Shown in pieces: positions 48,002 through 58,799 of a stretch of DNA of 64,000 bases. Made by a program: the position numbers and the translations under genes. The notes beneath the pieces were generated by a model. That model had not been told where the DNA came from. It was given only the letters and a program-made list of their open reading frames with translations, and ran no database searches. Where the stretch lies: the NCBI GenBank assembly GCA_965222225.1, contig CBDCTK010000002.1, positions 3,776,001 to 3,840,000 of the forward strand. The letters are read 5' to 3'. The first letter of the stretch is position 1; every line of letters begins with the position of its first letter. Source of the stretch: Candidatus Poribacteria bacterium. GTDB taxonomy: Bacteria > Poribacteria > WGA-4E > JAJDTR01.

Positions 48002-50845
48002 ATGAAAACGTGGGCGAAGTTGTCGTTTATCGGGTTTCTCGCTCTGCTGATTAACAGCGCTTACCTCATCAGTTCCGGGGAGCCGACCCTATTTTACATC
48101 TTCAACGTCCTACTCCATGTCGTGATCGGGTTGGTGTTGGTGATTCCGTTTGTCGTGTATGTCGGCAGATATATCACGGGTATGCCAATCCTTGGCAAGG
48201 CGAGTGCGTCATGTTTGGCGATCGGCGTCATCTCCGGCGGATACCTGATGGTTGTTGGCGCGACACGGCCCTATCGGTGGCTACTTATCTTGCACATCGC
48301 CACAACAACGCTTGGCGTGCTCCTGTTCATCGTCCACCTAATTGCGTTATCAAGGCGACCGAACGCGACAATTTCCCTACAAAAAGCCGCAAAAACCGCG
48401 GGCGCAATTCTCGTTATCTGCATTCTTTTTTCCGTCGTCGCAAGGATTGCGGGACATTATCGCCCAAACCCCGACTATCTCGTAAAGAATCCATCTTCAC
48501 CCCCAACCAGCATGTATGAAGAGGGCGGAGGCAGCGGTGGGCATTTTTTCCCCGGCTCCGTCGAGACCTACGCCGGAGGCCTCATTCCCACCGATTTCTT
48601 CCTAACTTCGCATACCTGCGCCGAGAGTAACTGCCATACCGACATCTACAACCAGTGGAATGAATCGGCGCATCACTTTGCTTCCTTCAACAATCAATGG
48701 TATCGCAAGTCGATAATGTACATGCAAGACGTGAACGGCATTCAACCGTCGAAGTGGTGCGGTGGGTGCCATGACCTCGCTGTCCTGCTCAACGGCGTGA
48801 TGGATAAACCGATTCGGGAAAATCTGCATACGCCCGCAGCGCAAGCCGGATTGACATGTGTGGCATGCCACTCCATCGAAAAGGTTAAAGACACGATGGG
48901 CAATAACGGATACGTGATGAAATATCCGCCGTTGCACAAGATAGCAGCCAGCGAAAACCCGTTGGTCCGCAAGTTCCATAACTATCTTATCCGTCTCGAC
49001 CCGGAACCCCACAGGAAGAGTTTCCTGAAGCCCTTCCATCGCGAGAATACCGCCGAATTCTGCTCTACCTGCCATAAGGTGCATCTGGATGAACCGGTTA
49101 ACAATTTCCGTTGGTTCCGCGGTTTTGACGACTACGACCAGTGGCAATCCAGCGGCGTCTCCCATCAGGGGGCGTTGTCCTTCTATTACCCTGAAAGCCC
49201 CAAGAAATGTACTGATTGCCACATGCCGCTTGTCGCGTCGACAGATGCGGGAAACGTTGATGGCAAAGTCCACAACCATCGCTTTCCAGGTGCGAACACC
49301 GCGCTGCCCTTTGTAAACAAGCATGATGAGCAACTGAAAACCGTTACGGAGTTCTTGCAGAATAAGCAGGTGACTGTGGATATCTTTGCGTTAAGTGGCG
49401 CAACGCCGATTCAGCTCGCAAAAGAGAATCGTGCAGTAAATCGTCCATCCGTGCTAAGTATGACAGGAGAGGAAGATACGCACGGACATGCCGCCGGGAC
49501 GCTAACGGACATATCGACAATCGTCGCACCGATTGATGAATCTAATGCAACAGTGAAGCGTGGCGAGGAGGTTCGAGTAGACGTGGTGGTTCGCACGAGG
49601 GGGGTGGGCCATCGCTTCCCAGCCGGAACAATTGATGCTTTCGATATCTGGTTGGAGCTGAAGGCGACCGATGAAAATGGGAGAGTTATTTTCTGGAGCG
49701 GACAGGTGGAGGCCAAAGACGGGGACGGTCCGGTTGACCCAAGCGCGCACTTCTATCGAGCGTACATGTTGGATGAACATGGAAATCTAATCAACAAACG
49801 CAACGCGTGGGCAACGCGGACGGTTCTTTACGCGCGAACGATTCCTCCGGGGGCGGCGGATACGGTGCACTATCGCCTAGCGGTGCCGCCCGACTGCGGT
49901 GATAAGATTTATCTCCACGCGAAATTAAACTATCGCAAATTCAATTGGTGGCATACGCAGTGGGCGTATGCGGGCGTTCGAGATCCCGAGGACACCGATT
50001 TTCAGGTCGATAAGGGATACGATGACGGGCGATGGGTGTTCACCGGCGATACATCGGATGTTGGCGGCAAAATCAAGGCGATTCCCAATTTGCCGATTGT
50101 TGTCATGGCGGAAGACAAAACGACGCTAACGGTTATCGGCGCCGATGCAATCAAGCCCAAGGACGAGGTTGCCGCCGGAGAGGGGCTGAGTGAGCGTTGG
50201 AACGATTACGGAATCGGCTTATTCCTTCAAGGCGATCTCAAGGGGGCGGAAGCCGTGTTTACCAAAGTTACGGAACTTGAACCGAATTACATGGACGGGT
50301 GGGTCAACATCGCGCGATGCCGAATTCGGGAAGGGGATATGAGGGGTGCCGACGAAGTACTTCTCAAAGCCTCTGAGATTCAGAAGACGCTGCCTGCGCA
50401 CAGCCCGCATCGCGCAAAGGTGCATTACTTTTATGCGCTCACCAAAAAAGCCGCCGGTGACTATGATGAAGCGATTCGGCATTTGCGAATCGCCGCGGCG
50501 CAATTCCCGCGAGACCGAACCGTGCGTAATGAAATTGGACGCCTGCTCTTCCTACAGCGCAAGTACGAGGAAGCGATTGAGGAATTTCAGAAGACGGTAG
50601 CAGTTGACCCGGAAGATTTGAATGCGCACTACAACATGATGCTCTGCTATCGTGCCCTGAAGAATTCGTCAATGGCGGCGAAGGAACAAAAATTGTACAT
50701 GCGGTTTAAGGCGGATGAATCCGTTGATTCGATTACCGGTATAACGCGCCGCGCAGACCCCCATGCGAATCTTGAGCGCCAGCGAATCCATGAACACACG
50801 TCGGCATTGAAAGCGCCATTGAACACTCACAATTCAAGTTACTGA
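48002..50845 (+). CDS. Membrane-anchored multiheme cytochrome c (c554-like) with C-terminal TPR repeats
   Basis: About 5 N-terminal TM helices; CAESNCH, CGGCH, CVACH, CSTCH, CTDCH; HRFPG; TPR helices at the C-terminus. Confidence 0.85.
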   Translation: MKTWAKLSFIGFLALLINSAYLISSGEPTLFYIFNVLLHVVIGLVLVIPFVVYVGRYITGMPILGKASASCLAIGVISGGYLMVVGATRPYRWLLILHIATTTLGVLLFIVHLIALSRRPNATISLQKAAKTAGAILVICILFSVVARIAGHYRPNPDYLVKNPSSPPTSMYEEGGGSGGHFFPGSVETYAGGLIPTDFFLTSHTCAESNCHTDIYNQWNESAHHFASFNNQWYRKSIMYMQDVNGIQPSKWCGGCHDLAVLLNGVMDKPIRENLHTPAAQAGLTCVACHSIEKVKDTMGNNGYVMKYPPLHKIAASENPLVRKFHNYLIRLDPEPHRKSFLKPFHRENTAEFCSTCHKVHLDEPVNNFRWFRGFDDYDQWQSSGVSHQGALSFYYPESPKKCTDCHMPLVASTDAGNVDGKVHNHRFPGANTALPFVNKHDEQLKTVTEFLQNKQVTVDIFALSGATPIQLAKENRAVNRPSVLSMTGEEDTHGHAAGTLTDISTIVAPIDESNATVKRGEEVRVDVVVRTRGVGHRFPAGTIDAFDIWLELKATDENGRVIFWSGQVEAKDGDGPVDPSAHFYRAYMLDEHGNLINKRNAWATRTVLYARTIPPGAADTVHYRLAVPPDCGDKIYLHAKLNYRKFNWWHTQWAYAGVRDPEDTDFQVDKGYDDGRWVFTGDTSDVGGKIKAIPNLPIVVMAEDKTTLTVIGADAIKPKDEVAAGEGLSERWNDYGIGLFLQGDLKGAEAVFTKVTELEPNYMDGWVNIARCRIREGDMRGADEVLLKASEIQKTLPAHSPHRAKVHYFYALTKKAAGDYDEAIRHLRIAAAQFPRDRTVRNEIGRLLFLQRKYEEAIEEFQKTVAVDPEDLNAHYNMMLCYRALKNSSMAAKEQKLYMRFKADESVDSITGITRRADPHANLERQRIHEHTSALKAPLNTHNSSY

Positions 50846-50889
50846 TCCCTTCATGAACTTATTTCTGCTTTCACGATTCTATCCCCACC

Positions 50890-52437
50890 ATGTTTACTAA
50901 AATGCAGTTCAGGTTAGCGTGCGTGATTATCTTGGCCGCGCTTGGAATCTCATACGCGGCTCACGCCGATAGGGGTGATGATATACTCTCCTTAATCCAG
51001 CCTGAAGCTCTCGAAGCCCACATCGTCGCGCTACAGGAGAATATAAAACAGGGACGGTCGCAAATCGCGTTCCGTACACGGAGTGCCTATAATCGTGAAG
51101 CTTCGGACAACGCCACCGAATATATCGCTTCCCAATTTCAGAGGTCGCTCAAGCTAGATGTTAGCTTTGAAGATGTCGGTGGCTTGAAGAACGTTGTCGC
51201 CACATTACCCCCTCGCCTCGAACCAACAAGCAATCGGATTTTTGTCCTCTGCGCTCATTACGACTCAAAGGCGGATCGTGACCGCGAGTGGAATCCCTTG
51301 ATTTCAGACGCACCGGGTGCGGACGACAACGCAACGGGAGTTGCGGCGATGCTTGAGATTGCGCATGTTTTAAGCCAGTTCGACTATGAACACGAGTTGC
51401 GATTTATCGCTTTTGCCGGAAAAGAGGTCGGATTGTTAGGTAGTAAATACCATGCCCGACATGCATCGGAGGCGAACCAAAATATTATGGCAGCGCTTAA
51501 CCTTGATATGATCGGTTTCAATTGGAAAAGTGATCAGGCTGTGGTCGTCCAGGACGCTCCGTCCCGATGGCTTAGCGATGTGTTTCGGCTTGCTAACAGA
51601 TGGTATGCTCTTGGATTGGAGATTCGAGATGCACGGGCTGAACTGGCTGAAAATGGAGATCACACATCGTTCTGGGCAAACGACTACCGCGCGATAACGC
51701 TCACTGAGAGCGAAATTCCACGGATCGATTCAGAAGGATATCGCGCCAATCCGTTTTATCACACGCCAGACGATACCGTTGACAACGTGAACGTCGAACT
51801 GGTCCAAAAAGTCGCTCAACTTACACTCGTAACACTAAATTGCCTGGCAAGCATGCCATCCGAACCCCATGCGGCAATGCCACGAGTGATGGTCGACCCG
51901 CAACCCTTGGTCAGGCAGAATCCAATGCAAATCACCGGTCAATTTGAAGCCCCTTTTCCAATCTACATCATCGTGCATCCGGGCAACATAGCGGCTCAAG
52001 TTGATCGGGAGAGCAGTACCTTCACGGCAACAGTTCCCTTGAAAGCCGGAGCAAACCAAATTCGTGTCGCGGCAATACATGCGCTGGGCGCTCGTTCGGT
52101 TGAACAGACTATCGTATTCGAGCCCGATTTTGAATGGGAAAGTGCACTCGTCTTTCCGAATCCGTCGCGGAAGACGGATGAATTGGTAGTATTCCGGGCG
52201 GAGGCAAATTTGCCAATTGAAGAAATGAAGGTGTTCGTTTATTCGTCGGACGGCACGCTGGTAAAGCGAATTACCGGAGTTCCCGATCGAGCGGATTCGC
52301 GACTTTGGCGTGCGTGGTGGAACCGAAAGATTGTCTACGGTCTTCAGGCAGCAACAGGAATTTATGTCTGTCGATTCGAAATCCTCGCGAAAGGCAATAC
52401 ATATTGGCGGCATCGAAAGCTGGCGATTCTCCAGTAG
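50890..52437 (+). CDS. M28 family peptidase with Ig-like and C-terminal T9SS/FlgD-like domains
   Basis: CAHYDS, PGADDNATG, LNLDMIG, GDH, YHTPDD; VFPNP...GIYVCR C-terminus. Confidence 0.87.
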   Translation: MFTKMQFRLACVIILAALGISYAAHADRGDDILSLIQPEALEAHIVALQENIKQGRSQIAFRTRSAYNREASDNATEYIASQFQRSLKLDVSFEDVGGLKNVVATLPPRLEPTSNRIFVLCAHYDSKADRDREWNPLISDAPGADDNATGVAAMLEIAHVLSQFDYEHELRFIAFAGKEVGLLGSKYHARHASEANQNIMAALNLDMIGFNWKSDQAVVVQDAPSRWLSDVFRLANRWYALGLEIRDARAELAENGDHTSFWANDYRAITLTESEIPRIDSEGYRANPFYHTPDDTVDNVNVELVQKVAQLTLVTLNCLASMPSEPHAAMPRVMVDPQPLVRQNPMQITGQFEAPFPIYIIVHPGNIAAQVDRESSTFTATVPLKAGANQIRVAAIHALGARSVEQTIVFEPDFEWESALVFPNPSRKTDELVVFRAEANLPIEEMKVFVYSSDGTLVKRITGVPDRADSRLWRAWWNRKIVYGLQAATGIYVCRFEILAKGNTYWRHRKLAILQ

Positions 52438-52552
52438 AAGATTACATTCCCGCTTCTACGCTGCAATCCTTGTTCAGTCGCTTGATGTATCCGTTCTCCC
52501 GATCTTGACCAAAGAACCAATCGACATAAGCCTATGAGGCTCAAGACAGACT

Positions 52553-54010
52553 CTAAAACCAGCGTTCGACCACAACTTTCTTCTGCGTGAAGAAATCAAT
52601 CGCGTCACCCGCCTGACCGTGGAGGTCGCCGAAGAAACTTTCCTTCCACCCGCTGAACGGGAAGAACGCCATCGGCGCTGCGACGCCGACATTTATCCCG
52701 ATATTTCCAATCTGGGCTTCGTAGCGGAATTTGCGTGCCGCAGCCCCGCTACTGGTGAAAAGACACGCCATATTCCCGTATTTTCCGCTGTTTATCAATT
52801 TAATCGCATCGTCAACGGTTTCCGCATGGATGAGACCTAGCACGGGACCAAAGATTTCGGTGGATGCAATGTCGCCATCCGGATTCAAGTTCTGCAAGAC
52901 CGTCGGACGCACAAAATTTCCACCCTCAAAGCCCGAGATGAGTGGATGCCGCCCGTCCACCAACACGTCGGCGCCTTCGTCGGCGCCCCGCTGAATCAAC
53001 CCCTCGATACGAGTTTTGCTTTCTAGCGTTATCACGGGCCCCATCTCAACACCTTGCTCTAACCCGTATCCGACGGCTCGAGACGCAGCCGCATCGGCGA
53101 TGGAGTTCGTGAACCAACCCTTCGCCTCACCGACAGTGACGGCGAGAGACGCCGCCAGACACCGTTGTCCCGCACACCCGAAAGCGCTTTCACCCACGGC
53201 ATGGATGACCTCCTTCTCGTCAGCGTCGGGAAGGACAAGAATCGGGTTTTTCGCGCCGCCTTGGCATTGGGCGCGCTTGCCGTTCGCCGTTGCTCGCGCG
53301 TACACATACTTGGCGGTAGCCGTTGCCCCGACAAAACTGATAGCCCGTATAGTGGGATGATCGAGGATGGCATTGACAGTATCCGCGGCGCCGTTTACGA
53401 GATTCACCACGCCCATGGGCAAGCCTGTCTGTTCCAGTAGGCGAAAGACCTTCTGCATGGTTATGGGTACTTTTTCGGACGGTTTGACGATATACGTATT
53501 TCCGCAGGCTATGGCATACGGCAAAAACCAGAACGTAATCATGCCTGGAAAGTTGAAAGGCGCGATTGCCGCACACACGCCGACCGGCTGCCGAATCATG
53601 AACTCGTCAATTCCCGAGGCGATGTCCTCCAAATTCGTGCCCTGCATCATTGTCGGAATGCCGCAGGCGACTTCCACATTTTCGATTGCCCGGCGCATCT
53701 CACCCTTAGCCTCGACGAGCGTTTTCCCAGATTCCATGGTAATCGTGCGGGAAATGTCGTCAAGATTGTCTTCGAGCAACTGTTTCAGCTTGAAGAGGTA
53801 CTGTATTCGCTCCGTCGGTGGCGTATGCCGCCACTCGTCAAGCGCCGACGCGGCTGCTTGTGCGGCGATGTCCACCTCCGCCGCCGGGGATAGCGGCACC
53901 TTGGCTAACACCTCAGCGGTCGCCGGATTCGTGACATCCAGAAATTCATGATTGGCGGGTGTCAGCCACTCATTGTTGATATAGTTTTGTAGTGTATTTT
54001 CTGCTGCCAT
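52553..54010 (-). CDS. mmsA: CoA-acylating methylmalonate-semialdehyde dehydrogenase
   Basis: [46 protein letters not shown]. Confidence 0.93.
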   Translation of the reverse strand: MAAENTLQNYINNEWLTPANHEFLDVTNPATAEVLAKVPLSPAAEVDIAAQAAASALDEWRHTPPTERIQYLFKLKQLLEDNLDDISRTITMESGKTLVEAKGEMRRAIENVEVACGIPTMMQGTNLEDIASGIDEFMIRQPVGVCAAIAPFNFPGMITFWFLPYAIACGNTYIVKPSEKVPITMQKVFRLLEQTGLPMGVVNLVNGAADTVNAILDHPTIRAISFVGATATAKYVYARATANGKRAQCQGGAKNPILVLPDADEKEVIHAVGESAFGCAGQRCLAASLAVTVGEAKGWFTNSIADAAASRAVGYGLEQGVEMGPVITLESKTRIEGLIQRGADEGADVLVDGRHPLISGFEGGNFVRPTVLQNLNPDGDIASTEIFGPVLGLIHAETVDDAIKLINSGKYGNMACLFTSSGAAARKFRYEAQIGNIGINVGVAAPMAFFPFSGWKESFFGDLHGQAGDAIDFFTQKKVVVERWF

Positions 54011-54256
54011 GGGTAATCTCCTCAATTCTTGTTATCTCACCCAAGTTGCCAACCTTTCTCGTAGGTCGGGCTTCTATCCCGACCCACTCAACGAGGAACA
54101 TTGCAAACTGAGACTATGCGATCGAAATCAAGTCAAATATCGCCCGCAGTGGATTGCCAAATCCACTGCCTTAGGTGCGGGAAACTGGTAATTAGAACGA
54201 AATACAATACTCGAAAAGTGAAAATCCCGGAATCTCTGAATTGGTAGCAACTTGGG

Positions 54257-55213
54257 TTATCTCAGTATCGACTTTAGAGTTTCGGTATCGAGGTTTGCTC
54301 CGGTCACCACCATTACCACATCCTCGTTTGCAAGGTCGCTTTTGAGTTTACAGGCGGCGACAAGTGTCGCCGCGGCTGCCGCTTCAACTAAATTGTGTGT
54401 GTATCGCAGCATCATCCGAATTGCCTCCCGCATTTCCTCCTCGCTAACCAAAACGATTTGGTGAATTCCATCTTTGAGAATTGAAAACGGGAAATCGGAC
54501 GGCACGCGCGTCGCCAATCCATCGGCAATGGTTTGGCACGAGTCAGTCTGAATCTTCCTCCCCGCCTTCCATGAGAGGTAAATCGCGGGTGCGTTTTCCG
54601 CCTGCACTCCGATAATCTTTACGTCTGGATTGACCACGCGAGCCACCGTAATCGCTCCACAAGCGCCCGATCCTCCGCCAATCGGCACGATAATCGCGGT
54701 CACATCCGGGAGTTCCTCAAAGATTTCGAGAGAGTATGTCCCTATGCCGTGGAAGAGCGCCGGTTCGCTGAGCGGGTTGACATAGTAGTGCCCTCGTTCT
54801 GCTTGCAGTTCCCCGCACAACTCGCGAGCTTCATCAAAATCGGCGCCTCTCTCAATTAGCTCGGCGCCAAGGGCACGCACTGCACTATTTTTCTCCGGAT
54901 TGTTTCCGTACGGCAGGACAACGGTTGCATGAACGCCGAACTGTTTTGCCGCATACGCAATGGATTGCCCGTTATTCCCGCTGGTAACGGTTATCACGCC
55001 TCGCCGTTTCTGCGGTTCCGGAAGCTGGCTCATGAAATTTAAGCCGCCTCGAACTTTGAAGCTTCCTGTCGGTTGATGGTTTTCGTGTTTGATATAGGCG
55101 TTAAAACCTAGTAAGTCGGACAACTCCGAGTAGCGGACTAAAGGGGTCGGTTTAAGGAAGCGGTAGACAACCCGACGTGCGGCGACGATGTCATGAAATG
55201 TGACAGAATTCAA
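54257..55213 (-). CDS. PLP-dependent threonine/serine dehydratase family protein
   Basis: KHENHQPTGSFKVRG, SGNNGQ, PIGGGSG, TIADGL. TTG start at 55213 with an AGAGGGG RBS. Confidence 0.9.
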   Translation of the reverse strand: MNSVTFHDIVAARRVVYRFLKPTPLVRYSELSDLLGFNAYIKHENHQPTGSFKVRGGLNFMSQLPEPQKRRGVITVTSGNNGQSIAYAAKQFGVHATVVLPYGNNPEKNSAVRALGAELIERGADFDEARELCGELQAERGHYYVNPLSEPALFHGIGTYSLEIFEELPDVTAIIVPIGGGSGACGAITVARVVNPDVKIIGVQAENAPAIYLSWKAGRKIQTDSCQTIADGLATRVPSDFPFSILKDGIHQIVLVSEEEMREAIRMMLRYTHNLVEAAAAATLVAACKLKSDLANEDVVMVVTGANLDTETLKSILR

Positions 55214-55417
55214 TGAACCCCTCTTGACTGGCGGCGGCGATGACCTAACGATGGCTGTGTGTCCGCGAGGATGGTTCTTGTAAGTGCAGGCGATGTTTGA
55301 TACAATGATAGCAGTTATCGAAAACGGTGTCAAACGAATTGATTATCACGGATTGTGTGGGATGGAGTGTTGGGTTTCACTCGGATTTCGGCGCTTTTTG
55401 GGCGAAGGGGAGAAAAA

Positions 55418-56398
55418 ATGCGATTCAAGTTGACACCTAGATCTATACTGTTTGCGGTGCTGTGTGTCTGTCTGACGAGTGGGGAGCTGTGGTTGAGAAA
55501 CGGACTCGCCTTCAACACAGGTCGAATTGTTTTTACATCCATGAGAGATGGCACCAATGAAATCTATGTAATGGATGCCGATGGAGGAAACCAAGAAAGA
55601 CTGACAAACCATCCAACGTATGACTTCGATCCGGATTGGTCTTCTGACGGGAAGAAGATTGCATTCGTTTCCACCCGAATCGGCAACGGTTTTAAAATCT
55701 ACGTAATGGACGCCAATGGAAAGAACCCGATTAGACTGACAAGTGAACTGTCGGAGAAGCAGCCAGACTGGTCTCCCGATGGGCAAAAGATCGCTTTCAC
55801 CGTCCTCCCAGATAAAGAAGATTTGGTACCTCATATCGCCGTGATGGATGCTGATGGAAATAATCGTGTGAGGCATGAAGACCACGCGATGGAGCCATCA
55901 TGGTCTCCCGATGGGGAAGCGATTGCATTCGTATCCTGGAGACATGGGGGCAATGAAATTTACATGATAGGCGCTGACAGACAGGGGCTTAAAAGGGTGA
56001 CGCGCGATTTGGAACCTAAAAACAGGCCATCGTTTTCTCCCGACGGACAACGGATTGCATACTATGCCTGGCACGAAGGCGAAGGATTCGATCACATCTA
56101 TGTGGTGGACACTGATGGTAGAAATCGCAAAAGGCTTACGCACAATCAAGAGCATCATTCGCAGCCCGCATGGTCTCCTGATGGACAGACGATTGCATAT
56201 GTGATGTCTAACGATATTTTTTTCGGCGGAGCAACGATTCACTTGATGACCGCCGATGGAAAATATCTTAAGCAACTTAGCGATGTCCATGATGCACACG
56301 ATTATCAGCCCGACTTTAGCCCGATAGGACTAGCTGTGTCCCCCACTTCCAACAAAATCACAATCTGGGGGAGGCTTAAGCTCGACATTGTGCAATAG
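55418..56398 (+). CDS. TolB-like PD40-repeat beta-propeller protein (paralog 1)
   Basis: Signal peptide; repeated P.WSPDG..IAF and IYVMDADG blades. Confidence 0.92.
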   Translation: MRFKLTPRSILFAVLCVCLTSGELWLRNGLAFNTGRIVFTSMRDGTNEIYVMDADGGNQERLTNHPTYDFDPDWSSDGKKIAFVSTRIGNGFKIYVMDANGKNPIRLTSELSEKQPDWSPDGQKIAFTVLPDKEDLVPHIAVMDADGNNRVRHEDHAMEPSWSPDGEAIAFVSWRHGGNEIYMIGADRQGLKRVTRDLEPKNRPSFSPDGQRIAYYAWHEGEGFDHIYVVDTDGRNRKRLTHNQEHHSQPAWSPDGQTIAYVMSNDIFFGGATIHLMTADGKYLKQLSDVHDAHDYQPDFSPIGLAVSPTSNKITIWGRLKLDIVQ

Positions 56399-56421
56399 TA
56401 CACTTCATGAATTGCCATCTT

Positions 56422-56476
56422 GTAGGGTGCGATCAAAGGAACGAATAATGATTGCGATAGAGATCCCCTGCGCACC
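56422..56476 (+). repeat. GTAG REP carrying one inserted module (56431-56467)
   Basis: Near-identical to 14929-14983; empty form at 962-982. Confidence 0.9.
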
Positions 56477-56632
56477 AGCCTTTGAAAGCGCCAGCGACGC
56501 GACGGGTCATTGAAAACCTCGCCAGCGTTGAGGGCGTCGCTTAATGGTTGGAAGTGCGTCCAAACAACTCACGTTATTGCGCTCTAAACCAGATTTTCAC
56601 CGCTCATTTTATCCACAACTAAGGAGGGCAAA

Positions 56633-57607
56633 ATGCAATTCAAACTGACACCTAGACTTATACTGTTTGCGGTGCTGTGTGTCTGTCTGACGAGTGAGGA
56701 ACTGTGGTTGAGAAACGCACTCGCCTTCAACACAGGTCGAATTGTTTTCACTTCCCTGAGAGATGGCAACACTGAAATCTATGTAATGGATGCAGATGGA
56801 GGAAACCAAGAAAACCTGACAAACAATCCAGCGTACGACCATGTTCCGGATTGGTCTCCTGACGGGACGAAGATTGCATTCGTTTCCGACCGAAACGGCG
56901 GCGCATCTCAAATCTACGTAATGGATGCCGATGGAAAGAACCCGATTAGACTCACGGACGGACGGCGGCATAAGTCACATCCAGACTGGTCTCCTGATGG
57001 ACAAAAGATTGCATTCACCGTCAACCCGGGTTGGATAAACGATTGGGTACATCATATCGCCGTGATGGATGCTAATGGAAATAATCGTGAGAGGCTTGAA
57101 GACCAGGCGTCGGGGCCATCGTGGTCTCCGGATGGAAAACAGATTGCATTCGTGTCCTGGAGAGACGGGAACGGTGAAATTTACGTGATAGGCACTAACG
57201 GACATGGGCTGAAAAGAGTGACGCACGATTTAGTAGGTCAACACAGACCGTCGTTTTCTCCCGACGGACGACGGATTGCATACATTGCGGAGCACGAAGG
57301 ATTCCTTCACATTTATGTAGTGGACTCCAATGGAAAGAATCTACAGAGGCTTACGCACAATGAAGAGAATCATTGGGGGCCCGCATGGTCTCCTGATGGA
57401 CAGACGATCGTATATTACGTCTGGGACGGCATCTTGGAGGGAAATCTTCACGGCACGATTCACTTGATGGCCGCCAATGGAAGATATATTAGACAACTTA
57501 GCGATGCGCGCGATCATAATCCCGACATTAGCCCGCTAGGATTAGCTGTGTCCCCCGCTTCCAGCAAAATCACAATCTGGGCGAGGCTGAAGAACCTGTT
57601 TGAATAG
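56633..57607 (+). CDS. TolB-like PD40-repeat beta-propeller protein (paralog 2)
   Basis: Tandem duplicate of 55418-56398 with long identical nucleotide tracts at the 5' end. Confidence 0.92.
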   Translation: MQFKLTPRLILFAVLCVCLTSEELWLRNALAFNTGRIVFTSLRDGNTEIYVMDADGGNQENLTNNPAYDHVPDWSPDGTKIAFVSDRNGGASQIYVMDADGKNPIRLTDGRRHKSHPDWSPDGQKIAFTVNPGWINDWVHHIAVMDANGNNRERLEDQASGPSWSPDGKQIAFVSWRDGNGEIYVIGTNGHGLKRVTHDLVGQHRPSFSPDGRRIAYIAEHEGFLHIYVVDSNGKNLQRLTHNEENHWGPAWSPDGQTIVYYVWDGILEGNLHGTIHLMAANGRYIRQLSDARDHNPDISPLGLAVSPASSKITIWARLKNLFE

Positions 57608-57748
57608 TGGAAAGTCATTTCTGGTTGTAATGAAAGCGCGAATGCCCTCTTGTATGATTTCTCACGGATTTCAGTTTAATCCAACCTACGCACCAAGTAA
57701 TAACCTACTCAAATTCAATATTGAAAAAAACCATCAAGGAACTTCAAT

Positions 57749-58783
57749 ATGCCAAGAGAACTTGTTGCTATCTCTTTACGAAACCCGGTCCTCCGCGAGT
57801 ATGAGGAGTCGGAACTCAAGCCCGAAGAGGTCAGGATAAGAAGCCTCTTCTCGGCGCCCAAACACGGGAGTGACCTTCGCACCTATCGGGCGGATACCAA
57901 AGATTATTCGAAGCCGTTTGATAAAGAGCGGCGCCTCCATGCCGGAACACCAAAATCCCCGACGTTTCCAATGAAATTGGGGAATATGACGGCAGGACAC
58001 GTTGTTGAAGTCGGGGGAGAGGTGACCGATTTTGAGGTAGGAGACCGCGTATTCGGATACCTGCCCATCCGTGAAACCCATACCGTTGATGCGCAGAGAT
58101 TGAAGAAAGCGCCCGATGGAATGGCACCCGAAGCCATCGTCTACTCGGATCCGGCCGGAGTAGCGCTCGGAGCCATCCGCGAGAGCAAACTGCGTATCGG
58201 CGATCGTGTTTCCGTGCACGGACTCGGCGCTATCGGGCAGATGGCGCTGCAGCTTGCTCGACTTCAAGGCGCGCGGTGGATAGCGGCAACCGATCCAATC
58301 CCGCTGCGCTGTGAGCTCGCCAACAAGCATGGCGCCGATCTTGTCGTTAATCCGGTCGCTCAAGACGCGGGCTTCGTCATCAAAGATCAGACGGACAAAA
58401 TCGGCGTAGATGTTGCCCTTGAGACGAGCGGGAACTATGCCGCTTTGAACGATGCATTGCGTGCCGCGGGTTATGGCGGGACGATTGTCTCGTCGGCGTA
58501 TTATACCGGCGACTCCCACGCTCTGAGTCTTGAAGGCGAATGGCACCGAAATCGGCTCACGATTATCTCCAGTCGAGATGTGAGTCAGCCCCTTCGTGAC
58601 CATCCGCTGTGGGATTCCAAACGCATCCATCAAGAGGCGTTTGCGCTGCTGCAGGAGGGGCGGCTTTCGGTGGAGGGTTTAATCCATCCTATCGTCACCT
58701 TCGACGAATCGGCTGAAGCCTACCGCGAAATCGACGAAGCGCCGGAGCTTAGCATTAAGCTGGGAATTCGGTACGATATCTAA
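57749..58783 (+). CDS. MDR (zinc-binding alcohol dehydrogenase-like) oxidoreductase
   Basis: G.VVEVGGEVTDFEVGDRV (GroES-like), VHGLGAIG Rossmann motif, GVDVALETSG. Confidence 0.85.
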   Translation: MPRELVAISLRNPVLREYEESELKPEEVRIRSLFSAPKHGSDLRTYRADTKDYSKPFDKERRLHAGTPKSPTFPMKLGNMTAGHVVEVGGEVTDFEVGDRVFGYLPIRETHTVDAQRLKKAPDGMAPEAIVYSDPAGVALGAIRESKLRIGDRVSVHGLGAIGQMALQLARLQGARWIAATDPIPLRCELANKHGADLVVNPVAQDAGFVIKDQTDKIGVDVALETSGNYAALNDALRAAGYGGTIVSSAYYTGDSHALSLEGEWHRNRLTIISSRDVSQPLRDHPLWDSKRIHQEAFALLQEGRLSVEGLIHPIVTFDESAEAYREIDEAPELSIKLGIRYDI

Positions 58784-58799
58784 CAAAGGAGATCATGAT

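Noticed and set aside
55418-57607. Diversity-generating retroelement (TR/VR pair)
   Set aside because: Both copies are complete genes, the differences include indels and are not adenine-specific, and no reverse transcriptase is in the window.
57776-58633. Long antisense ORFs (this 285-aa one, also 2218-2793, 48602-49333, 53367-53951)
   Set aside because: They lie opposite well-supported genes and carry no recognisable motifs; typical shadow ORFs.
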